From: an uncultured Holophaga sp.
Lineage (GTDB): Bacteria; Acidobacteriota; Holophagae; Holophagales; Holophagaceae
Length of the DNA stretch: 64,000 nucleotides
Direction of reading: 5' to 3'
Assembly (NCBI GenBank): GCA_963664825.1
Contig: OY761614.1
Coordinates: 2,848,001 to 2,912,000, forward strand
In this document: in pieces, positions 40,703-51,500 of the stretch
Position numbering within the stretch: position 1 is the first letter of the stretch
How the letters are laid out: the number at the start of each line of letters is the position of its first letter
Program-made: the position numbers and the translations under genes
The notes under the pieces: model-generated
What the model was told of the DNA's origin: nothing
Database searches by the model: none
Seen by the model: only the letters and a program-made list of their open reading frames with translations

Positions 40703-40734
40703 AGCTTAGCCAGAGTAGCAGCCCCTTTCCCTCA

Positions 40735-41217
40735 TCAATCGAAGAGAGGCAGATCCACTTCCGGTGAGGCGGCTTCATCCTTCTTGCCCACGCGACTCCG
40801 GCGGATGCGGGGCTCCTCATCCTGCTTATAAATATATTTAATATTATGTTTGGGCAAGAGGAGGTTGGGCTCCTTCACACGATTGACCTTGAGGCAGTGC
40901 TTGTCGTACCACTCGATGACGCCGCGGATCTTCTCATCGTTCTGGAGGACGATGACCATGGGCGTCTTGGACTGCATCTGCTTCAGATAATAGAAACTCT
41001 CGGCATTGGTCTGTTCCGGGGGCGCGATCTTGCGCCGGGGGCTGCCCATGCCCTGGGGCACGCTGGCGGCGTTCGGGTCGGCATTCCGGCCGCTCTGGGT
41101 GAGTTCCCCGGCGGACTGGGTGACGGACGGTTGTTCCTGGGGGACGGGGGGCTTGGGGTTGCGCCCCAACTGCTCCTTGATCTCCCCGAAATTCGGACGG
41201 ATGAGCTTGCGATTCAT
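40735..41217 (-). CDS. Hfq-like Sm-fold protein with long N-terminal extension
   Basis: Sm1/Sm2-like core: TPMVIVLQNDEKIRGVIEWYDKHCLKV...LLLPKHNIKYI. Confidence 0.75.
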   Translation of the reverse strand: MNRKLIRPNFGEIKEQLGRNPKPPVPQEQPSVTQSAGELTQSGRNADPNAASVPQGMGSPRRKIAPPEQTNAESFYYLKQMQSKTPMVIVLQNDEKIRGVIEWYDKHCLKVNRVKEPNLLLPKHNIKYIYKQDEEPRIRRSRVGKKDEAASPEVDLPLFD

Positions 41218-41346
41218 GGAGGATCCTGGTCTGGCAAAGCACGAAGGCGGCCCCTGGCCTGAGTGGCGCGAACTGCCTCGGGACTGCGCTGAAGTATGGA
41301 AAAGGTGCCAGCTTCCCCCGACCTTCGCAAGGCTTTCCGTGGAAAT

Positions 41347-43023
41347 TCAGCTTCTTGAATCCATTTCCGGGGGAGGCGGGAGGACCGGGATGCGCAGGCG
41401 GATGGTGGTGCCCCGCTGGGGTTGGCTATCGACGGCGATATCCCAGCCCATTCTCGAGACGAATTGGAAGGCGATGCTCATTCCCAGTCCCGTGCCTTCA
41501 TCGAAGCCGCTGGAAAAGGGCAGGAAGATGGTCCGCAGCTGTTCGGGCCCCATGCCGCAGCCATTATCCGAGATCTCTCCGATCACCCAGGCCTGTTCCT
41601 GGCGGAAATCCAATCTGAGGACGGGGGCGGTCTGGGTCTGGAGGGCCTTGCGGGCGTTGCTCAGCAGATTGCCGAAGACCTGATGGGCGCAGACGGGATC
41701 TCCCTGGATCCAGAGTTGGGGGAGCCCCTCGATGTGGAGGGGGAGCGCCTCGTTCCGGGGGTCGATCTCGAAGCTGGCCCTCATCTCATCGACCAGGGCG
41801 GGTAGCCACAGGGGCTGGAGCCGGACGGGTCGGGGCTTGCTGAAATCCAGGAAGCCCGAGACCAGATCGTTCACCCGCTCCGATTCCCGGCGCAGGATGC
41901 CCAGCACCCGCGCCATCATGGGAGGGGGCTGCTCCCCCTGCTTCAGGATCTGGACGCAGCCCATGATCGAGGCGAGGGGGTTTCGCAGTTCGTGGGCCAG
42001 TTCCGAGGACAGCTCACCGACGGCGGCGAGGCGCTCGCTCAGGCGGGTCCTCTCCTCCAGGGCCTTCAGCTCGGTGAGATCCTGGAAGAGCAGGAGGTGA
42101 CCCGTCTGGACGCCTCCGGCATCCCGCAGGGGGGCGACATTGCCCCCCACGATGCGGGGCTCGCCCGCAGGGGAGGTGAATCCGCGTTCGAAGCGCTGTT
42201 CCTTGGGCAGGTTCCCGTGCAGGGTGAGATCGACGATATCGAGCTGGTCGAATTCGGTCCCGGGCACGAGCTCCCGCTGGAGGATCAGTTCGGCCGCAGG
42301 GTTGGCCGAGGTGATTCTCCCCTCCAGGTCCGTGGTGATGAGGCCCGAGAACATCGATTCGAACACGCGACGATAGAGATTGGAGAGGGCATCGACGGTG
42401 GCTTCGGACTGGGAGAGGGTGCGGCGTAGGGTCTCGAGGTGCTTCCGGATGAGCACCACCACCAGGGTGGCCGAGAAGATCTGAAGCGAGGCGAATCCGA
42501 GGATGAAGGTGCGCTGGGCCGCTTCCGGATCCAGATCGGGACCCGAGTGGCCGAAGGGAGGTAGGGCGCCCGAGGTGAAGAGCAATACCGTCGCGATGTG
42601 GGCGAGGGCGGAGATGACACCGACGCCTACGATCTCCGGGATCTGGAGATAGAACGCCGAGGCCAGCACCGGGAAGATATAGACGGTGGCGAAGCGCTCC
42701 TGGTCCACCCCCTGGAAGGAAATGATGAAGGCCACCAGCAGGATATCGAGCAGGAGATTGAAGCGGATCCATCCGAGGCTGGGTGTGGCGAAAGGCTGTT
42801 TCTGGAGGCGGATGGATCTCGAGACCTCCCAGGCGCTCTCGGCGAAGAAACATGCGAGGCCGACGAGATAGAGTGCCTCTCCCACGGGTGGGCGTGCCGG
42901 GTCCAAGGGCAGTGCCAAGTGCAGGACTGCAAGCCCGAAGGCGGTGGCAAAGCGGAAGGCCAGAGGCAGGAAAGGGGCCCCGGAAACCGCTGCGGCCCGG
43001 GGCACTGGAAGTTCGGAATGCAT
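41347..43023 (-). CDS. PilS-like PAS sensor histidine kinase
   Basis: Multi-TM N-terminus, PAS, LAHELRNPLASI, DNGCG, GTGLG. Confidence 0.88.
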   Translation of the reverse strand: MHSELPVPRAAAVSGAPFLPLAFRFATAFGLAVLHLALPLDPARPPVGEALYLVGLACFFAESAWEVSRSIRLQKQPFATPSLGWIRFNLLLDILLVAFIISFQGVDQERFATVYIFPVLASAFYLQIPEIVGVGVISALAHIATVLLFTSGALPPFGHSGPDLDPEAAQRTFILGFASLQIFSATLVVVLIRKHLETLRRTLSQSEATVDALSNLYRRVFESMFSGLITTDLEGRITSANPAAELILQRELVPGTEFDQLDIVDLTLHGNLPKEQRFERGFTSPAGEPRIVGGNVAPLRDAGGVQTGHLLLFQDLTELKALEERTRLSERLAAVGELSSELAHELRNPLASIMGCVQILKQGEQPPPMMARVLGILRRESERVNDLVSGFLDFSKPRPVRLQPLWLPALVDEMRASFEIDPRNEALPLHIEGLPQLWIQGDPVCAHQVFGNLLSNARKALQTQTAPVLRLDFRQEQAWVIGEISDNGCGMGPEQLRTIFLPFSSGFDEGTGLGMSIAFQFVSRMGWDIAVDSQPQRGTTIRLRIPVLPPPPEMDSRS

Positions 43024-43115
43024 GGAACCAGGATGCCCCAAGCGCCGATCCTGTCCAGCTTTGGTCCCCTCGAGAAGGGGGGGGCAAGGCGGTGGCCCAG
43101 GGTGGAAATCGGGGC

Positions 43116-43143
43116 TTGACGCCTTCCTGTTCGATGGTAATAT
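43116..43143 (+). promoter_or_regulatory. Sigma70-type promoter for the tRNA pair
   Basis: TTGACG-N16-TAATAT just upstream of tRNA-Gly. Confidence 0.65.
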
Positions 43144-43154
43144 CTAATTTCCAC

Positions 43155-43229
<75 letters not shown>

Positions 43230-43272
43230 AACACTGAGCCGCTTTACGCGGCTCATGTTATTTTTAAAGCAC

Positions 43273-43347
43273 GGCGCCGTAGCCAAGTGGTAAGGCAGCA
43301 GACTGCAAATCTGCTATTCCTCGGTTCGATTCCGAGCGGCGCCTCCA
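43273..43347 (+). tRNA. tRNA-Cys(GCA)
   Basis: GGCGCCGTAGCCAAGTGGTAAGGCAGCAGACTGCAAATCTGC...GGTTCGATTCC...GCCTCCA. Confidence 0.97.
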
Positions 43348-43362
43348 ATCAAATCAGCATTT

Positions 43363-43390
43363 AGGGCCACCCGTTCGGGTGGCCCTTTTC
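43363..43390 (+). terminator. Intrinsic terminator after the tRNAs
   Basis: AGGGCCACCCG-TT-CGGGTGGCCCT followed by T residues. Confidence 0.8.
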
Positions 43391-43443
43391 TATCCGGTAC
43401 ACCACTAGGTACACCGTACATAGGTGAAGGTGATGCGGCGTAG

Positions 43444-45196
43444 TGCGGATTCCTTCGCCACTTCATCGTCTTCGAGGACGATGGCAAGGGGACTCCCATC
43501 AAGAAGTTGGCGGGCTACCACCAGTTCCACGCCGTGAACCGCGCCCTGGAGGAGACCGCCCGTGCGGCACAGGAGGGCGGCGACCGGCGCGTGGGGGTGG
43601 TGTGGCACACCCAGGGGTCGGGCAAGAGCCTGACCATGGCCTTCTACGCGGGACGCCTGATCCTCGAAGTCACTGCTGGCATCGCGGAACCTCTTGGCCA
43701 GAGCCTCCCGGCGGGGCTTATTCCGGATGTGGAGCTGCCATTCCGTTTCCGGGGCAGACCCGGTCATGACCACCTTCAAGGCGCCCTTGTCGTCGTCCTT
43801 GTGGTGCCATTCTGGGGGCAGCTTCACCAGCTCGTCGTAGAGCCCCACACAAATCCGGCGACTCATGCAGACGATCATGGCCTTGCCACTCAGGGCCTCT
43901 TGGCGAGCGTCGAAGTGGGCCAGAAGATCCTTGGCGATGAGGCCCAGACGCTTCGGAGTGCCCACCAGTGCTTCAAGCGCGACCCACTTGGTCTTCAGCC
44001 GCTCCTTGGTGCTGTCCTCCTCACCTTCCGTGACCTCCTCGAACTCCGCATCCAGCTTGGGCCGCTCCTCCTCGTCCAGCTCCAGCTGGGCCAAGCGGCT
44101 CTCGTAGTAGATGGGAACCGTGGCGCCATCCTCCACCGCCCGCTGGATGTCGTAGACGCTGATGTAGTCGCCAAACACGCTTCGGGTGGCGACCTACACC
44201 CAGAGCGGCGGCAAGGGCAGGCCCACCTTGGACATCAACGAAGCGCTCTCGGTCTTCCTGCGGGAGCACGATACGTGCTGCGAGTTCTTCCGGGGCTTTC
44301 ACTGGGGGCTCTGGAAGGACGGCACTCCAGGCCAGCGGTTGGCACTGCTGCCGCCCGCCCAGGAACACATCCTGGCCCAGACGGATGGGAAGGTCCGGTT
44401 CGCCAACGCGGTGCTGGCTCTCTCCAAGGCCTTCGCTCTCGCTTGCAGCCATGAGGAAGCCAAGGATCTCCGGGTGGATCTGGCCTTCTTCCAGGCCGTG
44501 AGGGCTGCTCTCGTGAAATCGGGCGGTGGCGGTGGAAAGACCGAGGAGGAGCTGGAACACGCGATCCGACAGCTGGTGTCCAAGGCCGTATCTCCTCGTG
44601 AGGTGGTGGATATCTTCCAGGCCGCAGGACTCCAGAAGCCGAACATCTCCGTCCTCTCCGACGAGTTCCTGGCCGAGGTAAAAGGCCTGAAGCACAAGAA
44701 CCTGGCCCTGGAGCTGCTGCGCAAGCTCCTGAACGAAGAGATCAAGGTCCGCGGGAAGAAGAACGTGGTGCAGGCCCGTTCGTTCGGGGACCTGCTGGAG
44801 CGCAGCCTCAAGGCCTACCAGAACCGGGCCATCGAGGCCGCCCAGGTGATTGAGGAGCTGATCGACCTGGCCAAGCAGCTTCGGGCTGCCCATCAGCGCG
44901 GCGAGGAGCTAGGGCTCACCGAGGACGAGCTGGCCTTCTACGACGCCCTGGAGACCAACGACAGCGCCGTGAAGGTGCTGGGGGACGAGACGCTCCGCCT
45001 GATCGCCCGGGAGCTGTTGAAGGCTGTGAAGGCGAACGTGAACATCGACTGGACCGTGAAGGAGAGCGCCCGAGCCAAGCTCCGATCCATCGTAAAGCGC
45101 ATCCTGCGCCGCCACGGGTATCCGCCAGACAAGCAGGAGAAGGCGACCTTCACCGTGCTGGAGCAGGCAGAAGCGATCGCTGGCAACGGTGACTAG
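43444..45196. pseudogene. hsdR: Fragmented and internally inverted Type I restriction subunit HsdR
   Basis: Plus 43444-43668: AGYHQFHAV...[12 protein letters not shown]; minus 43663-44187: [25 protein letters not shown]...[12 protein letters not shown]; plus 44189-45196: C-terminal domain ending YPPDKQEKA...VLEQAE. Confidence 0.9.
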
Positions 45197-45232
45197 CATT
45201 GCAATTCCATTTGGAATTTGATGGTTCGGCTT

Positions 45233-46753
45233 GTATGCGTTCAGGCTCTTTCGCGAGTCGGATGAGCCATTAGGTTGTACTTTGCGTTCCGATCGGTCAG
45301 TCTTTGGGGAATGAGCGAGAACGAGCGGCGACTGATCTCCGAGAACGAGGCCTTGAAGGCGGCCGTGGAGCAGCTTCTCGCGCGGGTTGCAGATCTGGAA
45401 GCCAGGCTCAACCAGAACTCGGGCAACAGCTCGAAGCCGCCCAGTTCGGATGCAGGACGAAAGCGTAAGCCACCTGCGGCGCCCAGCGGACGGAGGCGTG
45501 GTGGCCAGCCAGGGCACGAGGGGAAGACGCGTGAGTTGGCGCCACCCGAGGCGGTCGACGAGGTGCAGGAGGTGGATCCCGAGGCCTGCGAACGCTGCGG
45601 GGAGTCGCTGGAAGCAGCGCCTCGGCGGGACGCCATCATCCGCCAGTTCTGCGAGTCGCCGGCCTTCAAGGCTCTGATCCTGGAGCTTCGGCAGTGGTCC
45701 AAGGCCTGCCCGCGATGTGGCCATGTCACCCGTGCAGCGGCGCCTGCGGGGACGCCGAAAGGGGCCTTCGGTCCGCGGCTCCAGGCACTCACAGGGGTGC
45801 TCTCGGGGCGATTCCGCATGACCAAGTGGGAGATCGTCGTCATGCACCGCTCCGTGTTCGGTGTGCGCATGTCGCTGGGCTCTGTTGCGGCCTGCTGCAA
45901 GGCGGTGAGCGAGGCCGTGGCGCCGACGGCCGAGGCCATTCACGCGGAGTTGAAGGCTGCGTCCGTAGTCCATGCCGACGAGACGGGCTTCGGTCGCTGC
46001 GGCGAGAACCGGATGTGGCTGTGGGTGGCCGCGACGCGGGATGCCGAGGCCTTCCGCCTTCTCCCTGGGCGCGGGCGCGACCAGGCGAAGGATCTGCTGG
46101 GGGAGAACTTCGGCGGCGTCCTCCACCGCGACCGATGGAAGCCCTACGAAGTGATCGGGACAGCACTCCACCAGCTTTGCCACAGCCACATCCGCAGGGA
46201 CATCCAGGCGATGCTGGAAAGCCAGGGAGAGACCGGAACTCAGGGCTGCATGCTAAAGCTGGCCAGCGATCGGGCCTTCCATCTGTGGCATCAGTGGGAG
46301 CACGGCGAGATCAGCCGGGAGGCGTTGCTGGCTGGGACCAAGCCGATATGGGCCGAGATGCGGGAGCGGTTCGAGATCCTCCTCCGACATCCCGACACGA
46401 CCCGGAAGGCGCGGGGCACAGCCAAGGATCTGCTCCGACAGTGGGACCGCCTGTGGACCTACCTGGAGCACGAGAAGGCGGTGCCCACGAACAACGAGGC
46501 CGAGCGGGCGATCCGCAAGGCGGTGCTCTGGCGAAAGGTGAGCCTGGGCGTGGAGAGCGAACATGGCGCTCGGTTCGTGGAGCGGATGCTGACCCTGGCC
46601 GGGACCGCCCGGAAGCGCGGCATCGATCTGCTCGAATGGCTTGCCCTGGCCATGACCGCCAGCCTTGCCAAGGCATTCGCCCCAGCATTCCGAACCTGAT
46701 CCCCTCCGGTCACGTCATCGCCCCCGCCGTCAGCACGGGGGCTGAACGCTTAC
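45233..46753 (+). mobile_element. IS66-family element, single-ORF type (1521 bp)
   Basis: IRs GTATGCGTTCAG / CTGAACGCTTAC; direct repeat GTTCGGCTT at 45224-45232 and 46754-46762. Confidence 0.93.
45311..46699 (+). CDS. IS66 family transposase
   Basis: NSGNSSKPPSSD, GGQPGH, HADETG, QLCHSH, PTNNEAERAIR. Confidence 0.94.
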   Translation: MSENERRLISENEALKAAVEQLLARVADLEARLNQNSGNSSKPPSSDAGRKRKPPAAPSGRRRGGQPGHEGKTRELAPPEAVDEVQEVDPEACERCGESLEAAPRRDAIIRQFCESPAFKALILELRQWSKACPRCGHVTRAAAPAGTPKGAFGPRLQALTGVLSGRFRMTKWEIVVMHRSVFGVRMSLGSVAACCKAVSEAVAPTAEAIHAELKAASVVHADETGFGRCGENRMWLWVAATRDAEAFRLLPGRGRDQAKDLLGENFGGVLHRDRWKPYEVIGTALHQLCHSHIRRDIQAMLESQGETGTQGCMLKLASDRAFHLWHQWEHGEISREALLAGTKPIWAEMRERFEILLRHPDTTRKARGTAKDLLRQWDRLWTYLEHEKAVPTNNEAERAIRKAVLWRKVSLGVESEHGARFVERMLTLAGTARKRGIDLLEWLALAMTASLAKAFAPAFRT

Positions 46754-47130
46754 GTTCGGCTTAAGGGAAGCGTCCCCGAGGACAGCCCTTGCGTGGAGGG
46801 CGGCGAGCCCTACGCTTGCCTCCCGGCCAGGGGTGCACCCCTGGCCGGCGAGCGTAGCGGTGAGCGCCTGGGGGACCCGCTGGGGCCACGCCGCCGCTTG
46901 CGGCGGATGGGGCGGGTCGCCCAGGCGCGGGGCGAAGTCCACCCGGAGCGCAAGGGCTCCCGGAGGGGTACCTCCCTGAGGCCTGCAAAGGAAGGAATGG
47001 GACCCCGAAAAGACTCGGCCCCGATTTCAACGAACTGGTCAGAGAGGTTGGTATTGCATATCGGCGCATTGCACCTATATTGATTTCAAGCGATTGCTGG
47101 ATCCACGGTCAATCGTTCACGGATGCGCCC

Positions 47131-47781
47131 ATGCCCCGACCTATGACCCTCCCTTCTCCTTGGAACCAGCTCGCGACCAAGCTGGGGGGTGTTGCTGCAT
47201 TGGCGAAGGCTTTCGGGACCGTGCCGCGGACAGTCAATGACTGGGTACATGGCAATCGAGTGCCGCGCGGCCCGGCCTGGCTTCTGATCCAGAAGGTCTT
47301 CCGCGAACATGGGCTCCAGCCACCTGAGCGTTCCAGCTCCGTGAAAGAGCGCACTGGGATAGATCCGAAGCGCTTCTTGGAAGAAGTGGCTGCTGGTCTT
47401 TCGGAGTATCGCGCCGTGTTCGAATCCCGAGCGGGTGATGCCCCTCCGTTTGCAGCCCAAATCCGGGTTTCGGATGCCCTCGCCCGCGCCGAGGCAGCGG
47501 GGATCGCTATTGAGAGGGCTGCCTATGCCGCGGCACTCTCCCTGACTCAGGAAGGGGAAGGGGAGGCTATCCAGGAGGCGCAATCACGATGTAAAGCGCT
47601 TCTGGCCACTCTTGGGGAGCCAATGGATGTCCTTCTGACAAGGCTCTCTCACGAAACGGGGCCTGGCGACTCCCTTATGGCCCATGCCATCCAGAGTCTT
47701 CAGTCGCACCGAGCTGAGGCTCTGGGAGCTCTTCGCGAAGTAGGCAATCAGCTAATTCCTGGGCGACGCGGTGCTGATTGA
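47131..47781 (+). CDS. Hypothetical protein with Cro-like HTH N-terminus
   Basis: LGGVAALAKAFGTVPRTVNDWVHGNRVP followed by a helical domain. Confidence 0.6.
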   Translation: MPRPMTLPSPWNQLATKLGGVAALAKAFGTVPRTVNDWVHGNRVPRGPAWLLIQKVFREHGLQPPERSSSVKERTGIDPKRFLEEVAAGLSEYRAVFESRAGDAPPFAAQIRVSDALARAEAAGIAIERAAYAAALSLTQEGEGEAIQEAQSRCKALLATLGEPMDVLLTRLSHETGPGDSLMAHAIQSLQSHRAEALGALREVGNQLIPGRRGAD

Positions 47782-47843
47782 CCCTTCCATCCGCATTAAC
47801 CTCCTTCCAATTCTCTCTTCCATGGCCTTCTCGGATCGTCCCC

Positions 47844-48134
47844 ATGCGCCTGGTCTGCCTCTTCGACACCCACGGTCTTCATTACTTCATCACCATTCCA
47901 GAGGGTGATCTCTTGATCCATGCCGGCGACTCATGCAATGCGGGCTCTGAAGGGGAGGTGCGCAAGTTCGCCAAGTGGCTCAGGCATCCTCCTCACCGCC
48001 GGAAGGTGGTCATCGCGGGCAACCACGACTGGTTCTTTCAGAGACGGCCCCTGCGCGCTAGGGCCTACCTGGAGCCTGAGGCGATCTACCTGCAGGACTC
48101 GGGATGCGAGATCGGTGGAGTGAGGCTCTGGGGA
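47844..48134 (+). pseudogene. Truncated metallophosphoesterase
   Basis: DTHG, HAGD, IAGNHD motifs; similarity stops at LWGS where an IS66 remnant begins. Confidence 0.8.
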
Positions 48135-48393
48135 TCGTCATCCTCAAGCGGATCTTTCAGCGGCTGCCCAGCGTCGAAGGGAAACGGTTCTTCGAGCGCC
48201 TCCTCAGCTTGGGCGCCACAGCCAGAATTCGAGGCGTGGCCTACTACGACTGGCTGCTCAAGGCCCTCCGCGCCGCCAAGCTGGTCCAGCCGCTGCCGGC
48301 CCTCGAACCCGCCTGACGCCGCCTCCTGAAGACCTGCAGCAGCCTGGACAGGTCGGCCTACGGCCTACATGCACCCGGGGGGTGAATCGATAC
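48135..48393 (+). mobile_element. IS66 3'-end remnant
   Basis: VILKRIFQRLPSVEGKRFFERLLSLG... nearly identical to the C-terminus of the 58290-59717 transposase; ends in the same IR GGGGGTGAATCGATAC. Confidence 0.88.
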
Positions 48394-48401
48394 AGAGAAT
48401 T

Positions 48402-48433
48402 GGTCAGCGTGTGATGTAGATCACACGCTGACC
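48402..48433. promoter_or_regulatory. Perfect 14-bp inverted repeat containing a CRP/FNR-family consensus
   Basis: GGTCAGCGTGTGAT-GTAG-ATCACACGCTGACC; includes TGTGA-N6-TCACA at 48410-48425. Confidence 0.55.
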
Positions 48434-48541
48434 GTCGTGAGAATTTTTATTTGGAACCAGTCGGGGGAGGGCATTTAAACTGATTATTGTAAATCGAGTG
48501 GCGCTGAAAAATGCTAGCGTCAGCAATTATATATTAATGGG

Positions 48542-51500
48542 ATGATTATGCGTCGTGCTCTATTTGCTCTCTGTCTTTCTCTAAGCGAATTAGGAACAGG
48601 ATCTCTGGTAGCTCAGAGCTATCACAACTCGTTCTCGCCGGTGAATTACGACAGATCAAGGGGCCCAAGCGTTCTTAAAGGGGGTGTTGATGTAGATGCC
48701 GCTACCGGCGCTGTTTCTGTCGAGATTCCACTGGGCCCTGGCATAGGTGCACGAGGCGCACAATTTTGTCCCACCATTCGGGGGCGACATGCCGTCTATC
48801 AAGAACAAGCAAGGATAGGCCCATCCGCTGGGAATATTCACTATTTACCTAGTGGCTGTTTTGGGATAGCCCCAGGAAGCCTTCGCCTATCTGGAGGGTA
48901 TTATTTTGGAAGCTATGATGGACCACAAGGAGAATCTGAACATTTTGGTGTGATTAATGATAAAATTACCGATACACAATTAATTCTACAAAATTTTGGG
49001 TATTCAAATGGAACAGTTGTTTCTAAGCCTACCCAAACTGGAGACTCTAAGGGTAGACCTGGATACAGGCCAAGCGATGGACTTGCCGTTACTGACTCAG
49101 GTGCGCTTGTCATTCCACTGAGCCATCCTACGGAATTTCCTCCGCTCCAATTGACTGCACCCGTTGTGGAGGGGTATTCCCAAGCAATGTATAGCATTCC
49201 GCAACGTATATTGGTTGTAAAAGGGGATATTGGTTATGAATATGTATTTTCAAATCAGGCATGGTATATCCCTGTTGAAATGGATGATAGTGCGATTGTA
49301 GCAAACGTTCGCGCAACTGAAACAAATGTTTTTCTGCGGTGGGCTAGTGATAAAACTCCAATCGAATTTCCGCAATTGGTGTCTTTTGATAATTCCTTTT
49401 TGGCGTGGCGCGTTAATATATATCGTCCAGACCTGCTTAATGTTGCAATAGATCAAATTCAATATTCGTTAAGCCGTATTCTAAACAGGTTTGGTGAATA
49501 CATCCAATTTGATTATGGCACAAGATCAACTGGGCTTGATTATATGGCTGAATGGTTTCGGGATGGAAAATCGACAAACATAAAAATAAAACAAGAATAT
49601 ATTTCTCAAACGAGCGGTTCAAATTGGTGGGATACTCAGTATCAGGTGCGTCTGTCTTATGAAGGAGTTGAACATACAAGCTATTTGATAAACTTGGGGT
49701 TACAGAACTCATCTGCGGAAATTCGAACGGAAAAGTGGTGGGATAACATTTGGCATGGGTTTATTCCTTTGGGACGGTCTACGGCTGAGTCTGTATCTAC
49801 AATTGCGCCGATGATTAATAATAAAATTATAAGCGTTGTGCCGGAGTCTGCGCCTTCTGAAGCTATCGAATTCACATGGGAGTATCTGCCTATTAGTGAT
49901 GAGCTACGCACTGTGCCAGTGCGTCTTACAAAGGTCACTTCACCCGGTCGAGAAGTAAGCCTTTCTTGGGAAGCTTATGAATACATGCCGACAATGATGG
50001 GTGATTTTGGGTGGTGGATATTTACCAATTCGTACATAAAAGACCCCCTTGGTGCTCCAAAAATATATTATGCATTTGGTGTAAAACAATTAGATGATAA
50101 AGATACCGGAAATGGTCAAGTGCGAACAACCTCATTTATTCGTAAAGTACCTACCCCTGATTGGACGTGTAAAAGTCTATGGAAAACTACCGATTTTTAT
50201 GCGGTTGTGATCTACCCTGATCACTCTAAAACAATGTACCGTTACCTAGACGCTAAGGAGCTAACGGTACCTGCAGGGGCTCCACCTGCAGAGGGCTGTA
50301 TCCGGGCGACTGCTTTCTGGAAGAACTTCCCAATGGAGGAGCGCCATTACGGATCGCTTACGTCATGGGAATCAGATATTTCAAAGACTCCCAATAATTG
50401 TAGCGCTCAGACTGTGATATTAAGGGACAGGCTGACTCTTATATCGCCTGGAAATCCTAGCGGGATATATTCCGGCAGCAGTCAAGTCATTCCTACTCGC
50501 GTGCGAGAGCTGGATCTGTTGAATCAAAGGCTGACATCAAGTGAACTTGTAAATTGGTCTTCGACGTCCCTTGGTTGGAGGCAGCAGCGAAAATTGACTT
50601 ATATGGGAAATGGCATTCCAGATCTAACTATCGACATTTCTAGCCTTGAAGACAAAAAAGCACAACCAGCTGATCGTAATCCATTGGTGCAATGCGTAAT
50701 TGATATGGAATATAGCACGAATCTATCGCTTTGGTGGTTGGCTCGAAACATTTGGAAGCAAAGTACGATGGTGATGGATGCGACTGGCAGTACTACTAGT
50801 CCATCTGGGTTCTTGATAGCAAATAGCACAAAGACATTAGATGATCTAAATAGGGTTACGCAGGCTCAAACAGGAGCATCCTTCTTGATGTCGACCGTAT
50901 TCTCTTATGATGATCGTAAAGCGTTGCCTCAAAGCGCAATACTTCGGTCTAGTCAATCTTTTCCTCTGCTATTTAGTGGGAATATTGGATCAAAATTTGA
51001 TTACGATCAGTCATATGGATTTTTATCGACAATTCACCCATCTCTTTCAACTGCAAACCTGACGGTCAGTCAGGTCAGTGATGCTGCGAATCGTCCCACA
51101 AGCCAGGTTGGAATGGATAGCTTGTCAACGGGCATTAAATGGGATCCACTGGGGCGCCTCAATCTGATTACCCCTCCGGGTGGGGATGAGTCAACCTCAT
51201 ACACTCCTGATCCTGACGGTCTTGGGGTTGTGATTGAGAGAGGAGTAGAAAAAACGCAATTGCGATATAATGCCTATGGAGAATTGGTTCTCGAGAGAAA
51301 ATTTGATGCAGCACATGGAGTTATACACCGGGCGCTCGGATATGATTTGGCTGGTAGGAAAATCTGGGAAACTACATGGCGCAAGGGGAGTGGTGATGAG
51401 TTTGGTTGGAATAAGCCACTAGCTCCAGATGATGAGGAAACCCTTCCTTGGACCGAAGCGACTAACGAATGTGCCTCATTCGATGTTCGAATTGTAAATG

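Noticed and set aside
43507..44454. 315-aa ORF as an intact helicase
   Set aside because: Only the first ~55 codons are HsdR; the rest reads through the inverted fragment
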